Shown here: positions 1 through 8,218 of the stretch, one piece after another
How the letters are laid out: each line of letters opens with the position of its first letter
Position numbering within the stretch: position 1 is the stretch's first letter
IMG/VR virus record: IMGVR_UViG_3300009181_000168
Location: 1 to 37,950 of that record
DNA: 37,950 nucleotides
Strand: one strand, 5' to 3'
From: a virus
Taxonomy: Duplodnaviria; Caudoviricetes
The notes under the pieces: model-generated
Seen by the model: only the letters and a program-made list of their open reading frames with translations
Told to the model about the DNA's origin: nothing
The model's database searches: none
Made by a program: the position numbers and the translations under genes

Positions 1-1
1 C

Positions 2-166
2 ATCGTGACCGCAGGCATTGGCTACCTGCCAACGTGGGATGGTTCATTGACAGCACCTAAAGTGTTGTTGTACCGTCAGACCGCAGCAACCAGCGCGTTC
101 ATCCAAGTGCCATCAACAACCGATATGTCAGCAACGACAGTACGTTTCATGGCTGTCGGCGCATAA
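2..166 (+). CDS. 3' part of a small virion protein (probable capsid decoration protein); likely continuation of the ORF starting at 37833
   Basis: Open frame 2 reads IVTAGIGYLPTWDGSLTAPKVLLYRQTAATSAFIQVPSTTDMSATTVRFMAVGA*, TAA at 164-166, followed by a terminator; fits the gene after the major capsid gene on a circular map. Confidence 0.7.
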   Translation: MVTAGIGYLPTWDGSLTAPKVLLYRQTAATSAFIQVPSTTDMSATTVRFMAVGA

Positions 167-189
167 CCAAAACCCCCAACAAACGAACG

Positions 190-221
190 AGCCAGCCACT
201 ATCGACGGTGGCTGGCTTTTT
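190..221 (+). terminator. Rho-independent terminator ending the capsid operon
   Basis: Perfect 10-bp stem AGCCAGCCAC/GTGGCTGGCT, 8-nt loop, followed by a T run. Confidence 0.85.
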
Positions 222-257
222 CGTCTATAATTTCAACATCATCACGAAAGGTTCATC

Positions 258-1109
258 ATGGCCACCTACACAGGTTCGGAAGCAATAACGGTTACCCTTG
301 TTGCTTCCCAAGTTGACACAATTACTTTGACCGGGGCTGGAACCGAACTACGCATTTCGCAAACGTCAACAACTCCGATCTATATTATTACGGCTCAACC
401 AGGTCAGACCCCTGCTACACCTACTGTTGCTGGGGCTGGCACTACCGCCATTATGACCAACTATCCAGTTGTTTTACCGTGGACAGGAAGCGGTATTGTT
501 ATCAAAGTTATTTCCGCTGGTACGGGAACAGTTAACTTCACTTTGACTAATTCAAAGTTTGCGCCTTTAGGTGATCTTTCATTGAAAGCAGATTTGATTA
601 CCCCTACTTTTACAGGTATCCCTGCCGCGCCGACCGCAACAGCAGGCACTTCTACAACTCAACTTGCGACAACTGAGTTTGTTACAACAGCTGACCAGTT
701 AATGGGGACATACACTAGTTATACGCCTACATTTACAAATATCACGGCTGGTAACGGTACGACGACGGGTGCCTACTGTCGAGTTAACAACTTTGTGCAT
801 TACTACGGGTCTTTTACTTTGGGGAGTACCTCATCAGTAACTGGTTCAATTAGTATCAACTTGCCAATTAACCTAAACGCTGATATGCAAAACAGTTTTA
901 CGTCATACGGCAATTGTTCCTTATATCGTTTGTCAACTGTATCCATGTTTCAGGGCCAAACTAGATACAACTCCGCTTCTAGTGTTGCCGTTGGAGCTAC
1001 AACCGTGAACGCAACTTACGGATATTATACTGTGGCCAACGCGACAGTACCTTTTACTTGGACAACGGGCGACATCATCAACTTCAACCTTTACTACAGG
1101 GCGGCATAA
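258..1109 (+). CDS. Tail fibre / receptor-binding-like structural protein
   Basis: Thr/Gly/Ser-rich; contains the tail-fibre repeat-like segment PTFTGIPAAPTATAGTSTTQLATTEFV; directly upstream of a fibre chaperone; AAAGG RBS and TATAAT upstream. Confidence 0.7.
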   Translation: MATYTGSEAITVTLVASQVDTITLTGAGTELRISQTSTTPIYIITAQPGQTPATPTVAGAGTTAIMTNYPVVLPWTGSGIVIKVISAGTGTVNFTLTNSKFAPLGDLSLKADLITPTFTGIPAAPTATAGTSTTQLATTEFVTTADQLMGTYTSYTPTFTNITAGNGTTTGAYCRVNNFVHYYGSFTLGSTSSVTGSISINLPINLNADMQNSFTSYGNCSLYRLSTVSMFQGQTRYNSASSVAVGATTVNATYGYYTVANATVPFTWTTGDIINFNLYYRAA

Positions 1110-1348
1110 TGAACCTATTGGCAGATTACGAAACCGAAGCACCTGACGAATGGCTCATGGAACGGATGCGACTACGCCGTGACGCACTCCTAGTCGAATC
1201 CGATTGGGCGATGATTGCCGACACCCCAACCAACAAAACAGCATGGGCGACCTACCGCCAAGCCCTCAGGGACTTCCCCGCAACGTGGACACCAGCCCCA
1301 ACGGTCAACTTCCCTGAAAAGCCGTTGCGAAACCCTCTAAACAAATAA
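1109..1348 (+). CDS. Tail fibre assembly chaperone (Phage_tail_APC-like)
   Basis: Motif RLRRDALLVESDW...AWATYRQALRDFP...FPEKP; TAATG overlap with the upstream stop, so true start is 1109 rather than 1058. Confidence 0.85.
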   Translation: MNLLADYETEAPDEWLMERMRLRRDALLVESDWAMIADTPTNKTAWATYRQALRDFPATWTPAPTVNFPEKPLRNPLNK

Positions 1349-1365
1349 TGGCGTAGAGTGTTGCC

Positions 1366-1821
1366 ATGATTCGCGCAGCAAACCTTATGGGAGAAGTAGA
1401 AGGTGGCAGCCAAATGGCTGAAGTTGCCTTTGACGTATATGACATTGCGACCCGCATCCAAAAGGGTGACGAGTCGGGCTGGCGAGGTGACCCTTCCGCA
1501 TCACTCATGTTCAACCCAATCATCGGACGATTTGAAGTGTGGATGGTTGATGCTACCGGGACACCATATGTCGCTTGTTCCCACCACCGCGCCGACCACA
1601 CTCTGATCGTGAAACTGATCGAGGGTGACTGGCAAAAAGGTAAAGCACTCCACGAAGACTTACTCAAAAAGAACAAAGCCATTCTCGCTGCCCATGAAAC
1701 AGACGAGAAAGAAAAACGGCTAGAATTAGCAGACAAGTTGCATTGGGCGTTGATTAAGGATGTCGGCCACTTGGGTGGATCAAATAAGCGCAGTATCAGC
1801 ATGAACGAGAAAGGCAAGTAA
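1366..1821 (+). CDS. Hypothetical protein in the structural operon
   Basis: 151-aa ORF filling the gap between chaperone and adaptor; TAGAGT -10-like box 6 nt before ATG. Confidence 0.75.
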   Translation: MIRAANLMGEVEGGSQMAEVAFDVYDIATRIQKGDESGWRGDPSASLMFNPIIGRFEVWMVDATGTPYVACSHHRADHTLIVKLIEGDWQKGKALHEDLLKKNKAILAAHETDEKEKRLELADKLHWALIKDVGHLGGSNKRSISMNEKGK

Positions 1822-1823
1822 AT

Positions 1824-2471
1824 ATGAACCTGCTTGACCTTCGTAACGCTGTCAAAGATCGACTGGCGATCCGTTCAGACGGTTCAAGCAACAGCCTTGA
1901 CGGACTTATCACTAACGCCTATGTGAACACTTCTATAGACGATGCCCTCAACCGAGTCAGCATGGAACGTGACTGGTGGTGGCTAGCAACAACCGCAACT
2001 CTGTCATTTGATACCACCAACGGTACAGCAGCACTGCCATCCGATTTTATGCGCGCCCAACAATTAGTTATTAATGGCTCACCTGTTGAATTTGTGCCAC
2101 TTGAAACCCATCTAAATCCAAACTCTGACGGTTCTTCATACGCATACACGATCTACGGTTCACAAGTACACATTTCTCCCATACCTACAACGGTCACATC
2201 AGGGAAATTGTATTACTTCCGAAACGAACCAGCACTCTCGACACAAGCATCTCCTGACACCAAGTCACCGTTGATGCCCGTCGTGTACCACAAATGCATC
2301 GTCGCTTACGCCAGCCATCTGTGTGCAGCCCGTCGCCAAGATGAAAATCGTGCAGCGTTGTATCTACAGGAGTATGGCAACTTCTTAAAATCAATGAGCG
2401 ACGACAACCGAACAACAATCCAACGTCGTATCAAATACAACCGCAACCTGTCCTACGCTACCTGGGATTGA
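1824..2471 (+). CDS. Head-tail adaptor (P22 gp4 / T7 gp11-like)
   Basis: N-terminal MNLLDLRNAVKDRL...IDDALNRV...DWWWL and ALPSDF pattern typical of podovirus adaptors; position before nozzle. Confidence 0.7.
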   Translation: MNLLDLRNAVKDRLAIRSDGSSNSLDGLITNAYVNTSIDDALNRVSMERDWWWLATTATLSFDTTNGTAALPSDFMRAQQLVINGSPVEFVPLETHLNPNSDGSSYAYTIYGSQVHISPIPTTVTSGKLYYFRNEPALSTQASPDTKSPLMPVVYHKCIVAYASHLCAARRQDENRAALYLQEYGNFLKSMSDDNRTTIQRRIKYNRNLSYATWD

Positions 2472-2474
2472 CCT

Positions 2475-4007
2475 ATGGGATCATTCCAAATCACCTACGA
2501 CGACTTCTCGGGTGGTCAATACATGGGGCCGCGGTCAACCAATCAACCCAAAAATACTTGGTTTGGTGAAAACGTAACAGCATTACCCAACGGTCAACTC
2601 ATACCTGTCGGTTCAAAACTTGTTTCAACAGTCACCAAAGTTTCAACAACCGCAAGCGCAGCTATCCGGGATTTTATTCTTATTGGCGACACTTCATTTA
2701 TGTTTGTTAGCTATTTACCAGGTTCAACTTGCCGAATGACTAAAACTCCCAGTATTGCCAGCGGTACTGGGTTTCCCATTACATCAGTCAATTATACGTT
2801 AACTGGAATTATTGCAGGAAAAGTTGCTTACGACCCATCTAACTCACCTAATTTTTATTACATCAATACAACTGGAAATATATATTCCATAACACAAGGT
2901 GGCAGTCTTGCACTTGTTAGCGCAGCACTATTAAGCCTTGGTCTAACAAATATGACCATGTACGGCTACCGTCTTTTAGCTTATGGTTCATCAAGTAAAC
3001 GCCTTTACTATTCCGATACCACTTTGTCAACCTGGTCAACTGCTAACTATTACGAATTCACAGGAAATATCCTCAACGTCATACCTCGAACAAACGATCT
3101 TATAGTCGTATGCGACACAGGTGTTTATAGCGTTGTCGGCGTTTTGGGTTCTTCAATTACAATCCAACTCATTGTTCCAGGGGTCAATGTTTCTGAAGGG
3201 ATGGTAGACGCGACCGTTGTAAACCGAAATATCTATTATTTAGATCAACAATTAACTGGAGCTCCCGACGGAAGAATTTATGGATTGAACGGGTCATCTT
3301 CACAGCCAGTAGCAACAATGGACTTGAACGACGTCAACACCGCTCAAGCAGAATCAACAACAGAAGCATTCCGATTATCTGTATTAAACGACGGAAAATT
3401 AGTTACTATGAGCAAAGTTGGATACGCCTATGTCGAAACAATTTCTGATACTTGGGCGCGACTTAACAACACCGCAGCAAACAGTTCAAGCACCATAGCC
3501 AAACAACATCAAGTAGCAACTCCCGGCACAAATTCATACAACGAATTTTTTGTTGCTGCTTTTGTTGACGATACAACAAACAATATCTTCATTCATCGTT
3601 ATATCTATAACGTCACACAAATCACCAACAATGACATAAATTTGCAACCAGGTGGCTCAGAAGGAACATCCGCTCCAACAGGAACAGTCACCTTGGCCGA
3701 ATATTGGCACTCTAAACCGTTTACCGTCAAAGAAGCATTCGTCGAATTTTACGCTCGACCAAGTTACACACCAGCTATTACAGTCGGCATCAAACCAACA
3801 GGAATGGTTGACGTATACAGTTCGTACAACGGAAGCGTTTCAGTTCAAGCATCAGAACCATTAACTGTTGGTACAGCAAACGCAAACAACGCATCAATAA
3901 CCCAACGGTATCATGTCAATAACGCTGCAAAAGGCTTTGGCGTAACCCCATATTTGACGTTTACCGACGCGACTATTAAACGTGTGATCTTGAACTGCGA
4001 AGATTGA
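2475..4007 (+). CDS. Tail nozzle / tubular protein B (P22 gp10 / T7 gp12-like)
   Basis: 510 aa, beta-rich, N-terminal DDFSGG...ENV motif, RLYYS propeller-like segment; follows adaptor. Confidence 0.6.
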   Translation: MGSFQITYDDFSGGQYMGPRSTNQPKNTWFGENVTALPNGQLIPVGSKLVSTVTKVSTTASAAIRDFILIGDTSFMFVSYLPGSTCRMTKTPSIASGTGFPITSVNYTLTGIIAGKVAYDPSNSPNFYYINTTGNIYSITQGGSLALVSAALLSLGLTNMTMYGYRLLAYGSSSKRLYYSDTTLSTWSTANYYEFTGNILNVIPRTNDLIVVCDTGVYSVVGVLGSSITIQLIVPGVNVSEGMVDATVVNRNIYYLDQQLTGAPDGRIYGLNGSSSQPVATMDLNDVNTAQAESTTEAFRLSVLNDGKLVTMSKVGYAYVETISDTWARLNNTAANSSSTIAKQHQVATPGTNSYNEFFVAAFVDDTTNNIFIHRYIYNVTQITNNDINLQPGGSEGTSAPTGTVTLAEYWHSKPFTVKEAFVEFYARPSYTPAITVGIKPTGMVDVYSSYNGSVSVQASEPLTVGTANANNASITQRYHVNNAAKGFGVTPYLTFTDATIKRVILNCED

Positions 4008-4008
4008 T

Positions 4009-4521
4009 ATGGGGTTTAACTACACGTTTCGTGCCGATGATATTCCAAGTTGGAATGCTGACACTCGTGACCTTGTTGAAAACCGTGACCGAGAACTGGA
4101 GTTGTACTCGACCACGATTGATACGTCATTTCTCAATTTGAACGCTAGCAACTTGACATCAGGAACTGTGCCATCAGCTTGTATAACGGGCGCATACACC
4201 GGGATTACGGGTGTCGGCACGTTAAGTTCTTTCAGTCGTGGCGCACCAGTTACAAAAACTGCGTCGTTCACTTTGGCTAATACCGAAAACTGGATTATCT
4301 GTAACGGTACGGCTTCCATTACTGTGACCTTGCCTGCTGCCAGCACGCAAGTTGGTCGTGAAATATCTTTGAAGAATATTGCGGCGTTCACCGTTGTCTC
4401 CGCCTCTAGCAATGTTGTGCCGTTGACTGGCGGTGCTGCTGGTACCGCTATCCTTGCTACCGCAGGGACTTGGGCTACCCTTGTATCTGACGGCACTAAC
4501 TGGATTATTATGCAATCATAA
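4009..4521 (+). CDS. Small tail protein (needle/fibre-like)
   Basis: LNASNLTSGTVPSA fibre repeat and C-terminal ITVTLPAAS...LVSDGTNW domain common in phage fibres. Confidence 0.6.
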   Translation: MGFNYTFRADDIPSWNADTRDLVENRDRELELYSTTIDTSFLNLNASNLTSGTVPSACITGAYTGITGVGTLSSFSRGAPVTKTASFTLANTENWIICNGTASITVTLPAASTQVGREISLKNIAAFTVVSASSNVVPLTGGAAGTAILATAGTWATLVSDGTNWIIMQS

Positions 4522-4609
4522 TAAATTGAGTCAGTCCACAACGCCATCGCTACAGAACACGACGCAATCGGGTAAGGTGCAATTTCCCGACACGCCTTAG
4601 GAGAAAAGA

Positions 4610-4861
4610 ATGTCGAAACCAAGCCTGCTATTTGATATAACCGCAATGAATAATGCTAGATACATTCCAGTATGTGGATTCAAAACGTTATATGACACCT
4701 TGACTAAAGAAGATCAAGTTGATTTAGAGGAAGCAATGGCAGATCCAACAATCCAGGGTTCCGCAATCGAACGAGCTTTACGCCAACGAGGACACACCAT
4801 CACTTCAACGACTTTGCGTCGTCATCGACGAGGGGATTGTTCTTGTGGCAGGATTAGCTGA
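4610..4861 (+). CDS. Small putative DNA-binding protein
   Basis: AGGAG RBS; helical C-terminal IERALRQRGHTITSTTLRRHRRGDCSC; overlaps the phosphoesterase start. Confidence 0.6.
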   Translation: MSKPSLLFDITAMNNARYIPVCGFKTLYDTLTKEDQVDLEEAMADPTIQGSAIERALRQRGHTITSTTLRRHRRGDCSCGRIS

Positions 4862-5990
4862 AGACATTACCCGCTTAGGGGAAACCAAAAGACTTTCGTT
4901 GGGTCGCATCGCAGACCTGCTAGATCGCAACGGCATTGATTTAGACGAGGTAGGCAAGATCCAGCGGGTTTCGCTGTACCAGTCATTGACCAAGAACGAC
5001 GAAGGCGAAGCCGAACTACACGACCTGACAGCAATCCAGTTCTCGCCCAAATGGGCAGAAGGCCCCGAATGGCCAATTATCCAGCCAGGCCCAGCAGTCA
5101 AGTTGCCAGCCCGAAAACCTGCCAAAACTATCTCAGGATGGCGTAATTGTGCCGTACTGCCCGATATGCAGATTGGCTATTACAGAGGCGTAGACGGGCA
5201 ACTACACCCCACACACGACGAACAGGCGATAAAGGTTGCATTAGACATCGTCAAAGATGCCAACCCTGTGCTAGTCGTCCTAGTTGGGGACAACCTTGAC
5301 CTACCCGAAATGTCCAAATATCGACTGACCGCCCCATACCAACAGACCACCCAAGCCACCATTGACCGTGCCACCATGCTCGGCTTTGAACTTCGTGAAG
5401 CAGCACCCGACGCACGAATCGTATGGCTCGCAGGCAACCACGAAGAACGACTCCCCAGGTATCTGATTGACAACGCCAGCGCAGCATTCGGACTTCGACG
5501 GGGTTCATCCCCCGAATCATGGCCAGTTATGTCAGTCCCGTTCCTATGCCGACTAGACGAATCCAACGTGGAGTATTTACCTGGATACCCTGCCAGCCAC
5601 ATTTGGATCACAGAGAATCTCAAAGTGATACACGGTGACAAGGTTGCTAGCGGTGGCTCAACCGCACACAAATACCTTGCCACTCAGAAGGTCAGCGTGA
5701 TCTACGGGCATATTCACCGTCGAGAATGGGCAGAACGCACGAGAGACGATCACGACGGCCCATCCACAATCCTGGCTGCTTCCCCTGGTTGCCTAGCTCG
5801 TATAGACGGAGCAGTTCCCAGCACCAAAGGTGGCGTAGACTTGGACGGTAGACCCCTCATCCAGCATGAGGACTGGCAACAAGGACTAGCCATCATCCCG
5901 TTTGATCCCGAAACCAACAAGTTTTGTTATGAACAGATCGCTATTCACGACGGGTGGGCGATGTGGCGTGGTAAGAATTACGGGCAATGA
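4845..5990 (+). CDS. Calcineurin-like metallophosphoesterase
   Basis: Motifs PDMQ, GDNLD, GNHE, HG and GHIH in canonical order. Confidence 0.9.
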   Translation: MAGLAEDITRLGETKRLSLGRIADLLDRNGIDLDEVGKIQRVSLYQSLTKNDEGEAELHDLTAIQFSPKWAEGPEWPIIQPGPAVKLPARKPAKTISGWRNCAVLPDMQIGYYRGVDGQLHPTHDEQAIKVALDIVKDANPVLVVLVGDNLDLPEMSKYRLTAPYQQTTQATIDRATMLGFELREAAPDARIVWLAGNHEERLPRYLIDNASAAFGLRRGSSPESWPVMSVPFLCRLDESNVEYLPGYPASHIWITENLKVIHGDKVASGGSTAHKYLATQKVSVIYGHIHRREWAERTRDDHDGPSTILAASPGCLARIDGAVPSTKGGVDLDGRPLIQHEDWQQGLAIIPFDPETNKFCYEQIAIHDGWAMWRGKNYGQ

Positions 5991-6307
5991 AACCTGTACT
6001 TGTCATATGGAACGACGCTCATGCCGGGACATCCACATGGGAACGCATTGAAGACCTTGTGGATAACGAGCCGTATCAGGTTAAATCTGTCGGTTTTCTA
6101 ATGACAACCAAGGGTGGTGGCAAGCGGGGTCACGTCTCGATTACGCAATCTTGGTCGGCTGACGGATGTGTAGACTCGGTACTCCATATCCCTGCCAAAA
6201 TGGTTGTCAGGGTCATTAACTTGGCCGAGGAAACCTATGAATATCTCAGCAAAACTGGTACAAATAGCCCTTCAATACCTGAAACGAGCAACCCCAAGGG
6301 GTCGTGA
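5987..6307 (+). CDS. Conserved phage hypothetical protein
   Basis: ATGA-coupled to phosphoesterase; VLVIWNDAH...W...SVGFL...IP pattern often seen next to phage phosphoesterases. Confidence 0.7.
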   Translation: MKPVLVIWNDAHAGTSTWERIEDLVDNEPYQVKSVGFLMTTKGGGKRGHVSITQSWSADGCVDSVLHIPAKMVVRVINLAEETYEYLSKTGTNSPSIPETSNPKGS

Positions 6308-6371
6308 AGAAGAAGACGAATTGTCTGCTTTGATCTATGCGTTAGAGAAGTTGCTTGACAAGAAAAAATAG
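6237..6371 (+). CDS. Small hypothetical protein (44 aa, not in ORF track)
   Basis: GAGG RBS then MNISAKLVQIALQYLKRATPRGREEEDELSALIYALEKLLDKKK*; overlaps the 3' end of the upstream gene. Confidence 0.6.
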   Translation: MNISAKLVQIALQYLKRATPRGREEEDELSALIYALEKLLDKKK

Positions 6372-6373
6372 TG

Positions 6374-6538
6374 ATGAGCAGCAACTACAAGATTCACGAA
6401 CCTAACGAAGATAGTTATTACTACTGTCCAAATGATGAATGCCCGTGCAACGGCAGTTCTACCCACAGGAACGACTTAATCTTTGATCTTGAAAATGCTT
6501 ATGCTGACTTTAAGAGAGTCTTTCCCGATTATGACTAG
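6374..6538 (+). CDS. Small Cys-containing hypothetical protein (54 aa, not in ORF track)
   Basis: MSSNYKIHEPNEDSYYYCPNDECPCNGSSTHRNDLIFDLENAYADFKRVFPDYD*; fills the gap exactly. Confidence 0.5.
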   Translation: MSSNYKIHEPNEDSYYYCPNDECPCNGSSTHRNDLIFDLENAYADFKRVFPDYD

Positions 6539-6547
6539 AATGGGATT

Positions 6548-6703
6548 ATGAACCGACTGGCAGAGGCATCACTAATAGGCTTAATAGTGCTAGCCTGCGC
6601 TGTATTATCCCAATGTTCAGATAGGTACAGGTATCCTTGTGACAACCCAGCCAACATCGGAAAACCCGACTGCCCGACCACAACGTACATCCCCGCCCCG
6701 TAA
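6548..6703 (+). CDS. Small putative lipoprotein (51 aa, not in ORF track)
   Basis: MNRLAEASLIGLIVLACAVLSQC-SDRYRYPCDNPANIGKPDCP...: hydrophobic signal, lipobox-like Cys, two further Cys; TAGAAT 6 nt before ATG. Confidence 0.65.
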   Translation: MNRLAEASLIGLIVLACAVLSQCSDRYRYPCDNPANIGKPDCPTTTYIPAP

Positions 6704-6956
6704 AAGGCGCATGGACTCAACCGAACTGGACGCTCGACTACGTTTCTATGTCGGCATCGGACTCATTGTCATTGTCGGCGCAATCGTTCTAACCATGTTG
6801 TGGGGACTCTTGTTTGTTGTCCAGCCCTTAGATGCCCAATCACCCAATGACAAAGCAATGCTTGACATCCTTGGCCCAATTTGCTACACATTGGTGGGAG
6901 CTGCTGTAGGAATTGTTGCTACACGCGGTAACCGTCAAGACCCACCATCCGAATAA
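6639..6956 (+). CDS. Two-TM membrane protein (holin-like candidate)
   Basis: Hydrophobic helices FYVGIGLIVIVGAIVLTMLWGLLFVV and ILGPICYTLVGAAVGIVA; upstream of endolysin. Confidence 0.65.
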   Translation: MTTQPTSENPTARPQRTSPPRKRRMDSTELDARLRFYVGIGLIVIVGAIVLTMLWGLLFVVQPLDAQSPNDKAMLDILGPICYTLVGAAVGIVATRGNRQDPPSE

Positions 6957-6969
6957 CCAGGAGCCTGCC

Positions 6970-7179
6970 ATGCCTCTCATCCAAGCCAACATCATTTTTA
7001 CTATAGACACCGACTTTGTGCCACCCGAAATACCGGGAATGGACACCCACGACGGCGATGTTGTACCGCCAATTTCAGGAGCTGAACAGGTTGTGTACGA
7101 AGTGTTCAAGAAGATACAAGAAGTCTTGCCCGAAAAGGTACACGCCTTCATACACACATCTACCCTGCTAGATCGTTAA
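6970..7179 (+). CDS. Hypothetical protein (69 aa)
   Basis: AGGAG RBS before ATG 6970; MPLIQANIIFTIDTDF... Confidence 0.65.
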   Translation: MPLIQANIIFTIDTDFVPPEIPGMDTHDGDVVPPISGAEQVVYEVFKKIQEVLPEKVHAFIHTSTLLDR

Positions 7180-7201
7180 TAATTCTGCTAGCGTGTCACA
7201 A

Positions 7202-7939
7202 ATGGCACGCAAATACACAGGCTACGACGGAGATGCAACTGGCAAACAAGCTGGTTTAGAAGAACTCGTACGCCAACTTTCAACCAGGTTTCCATTGTGG
7301 AACAACGGCACTTGGGTTGTTCGCAACATGAAGAACGACAACCTCAAAACACCGAAACCTTCAGTGCATTCAACAGGACGTGCTGCCGATATGTCATGGC
7401 GCAAGTCAGGAAAAAAAGGTTCAGGCAATTACGCCGACGCTGTTGCCCTAGCAGACTTTCTAGTATTACACGCCGAAGCCCTTCAAATTGAAGGAGTACA
7501 CGACTACTTCCCGCAACCGTTTGGTCGAGGCTGGCAATGCGACCGTAACTCTTGGAAGGTATATACCCAACCGACCATTGGTCAAGCCCCCGGCGGCGAC
7601 TGGCTTCATATTGAGATTTCTCCCCTTTACGCCAAGAACGCCCTTTATTACAAAGAGTTCTTTGCCAAACTCGCGACGGCAGCGGGAGAAAGTCCTTCTC
7701 CGCTAACTCCCGCTGCTGGCGCACCTTCCCCTTTAGTGTTCACTTATCCTGGGACACCATTGAAGATCGGTTCCAAAGGGGACGCTGTGAAACTCGTCCA
7801 GGCTCGCGTTGGCGGTGTGACTACCGATGGCGATTTTGGCTTGAAGACTGACCACCGTGTCAAAGAATGGCAATTTGCTCATCATATGGCCGCAGATGGT
7901 GTTGTCGGGCCAGTTACTTGGAAAAAGATGTTCTGCTAA
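7202..7939 (+). CDS. Endolysin: Zn peptidase (M15/LAS-type) plus C-terminal peptidoglycan-binding domain
   Basis: SVHSTGRAAD (H-x6-D) and WLHIE Zn motifs; C-terminal LKIGSKGDAVKLVQ...DGDFG...DGVVGPVTW PG_binding_1 signature. Confidence 0.85.
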   Translation: MARKYTGYDGDATGKQAGLEELVRQLSTRFPLWNNGTWVVRNMKNDNLKTPKPSVHSTGRAADMSWRKSGKKGSGNYADAVALADFLVLHAEALQIEGVHDYFPQPFGRGWQCDRNSWKVYTQPTIGQAPGGDWLHIEISPLYAKNALYYKEFFAKLATAAGESPSPLTPAAGAPSPLVFTYPGTPLKIGSKGDAVKLVQARVGGVTTDGDFGLKTDHRVKEWQFAHHMAADGVVGPVTWKKMFC

Positions 7940-8193
7940 TGGAAGCTATTTTGGTCGCAGTTGTCACTGGTGTGTTTGCCGTTCTAGCAGTCCTAATTGA
8001 AAAGGGTCGCAAAGAGAATAAGCGTGACCACGGAAATGTGATGGATCGACTAGATCTTGTCTCATCTGAGATCCGTAAAGACATTCGTCAAGTGCGATAC
8101 GAACTCAACGATCATGTCAATGGGCCGACCCACAACATTAAACCTGTTGTTCCTGCTAAAATCCCATTGAAGAAACGACCGAAGGCTGGATAG
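7939..8193 (+). CDS. Holin-like single-TM protein
   Basis: TAATG-coupled to endolysin; N-terminal TM MEAILVAVVTGVFAVLAVLI followed by charged coiled region. Confidence 0.6.
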   Translation: MEAILVAVVTGVFAVLAVLIEKGRKENKRDHGNVMDRLDLVSSEIRKDIRQVRYELNDHVNGPTHNIKPVVPAKIPLKKRPKAG

Positions 8194-8218
8194 CCATTAG
8201 GAACTCTAAGGAGCATCT

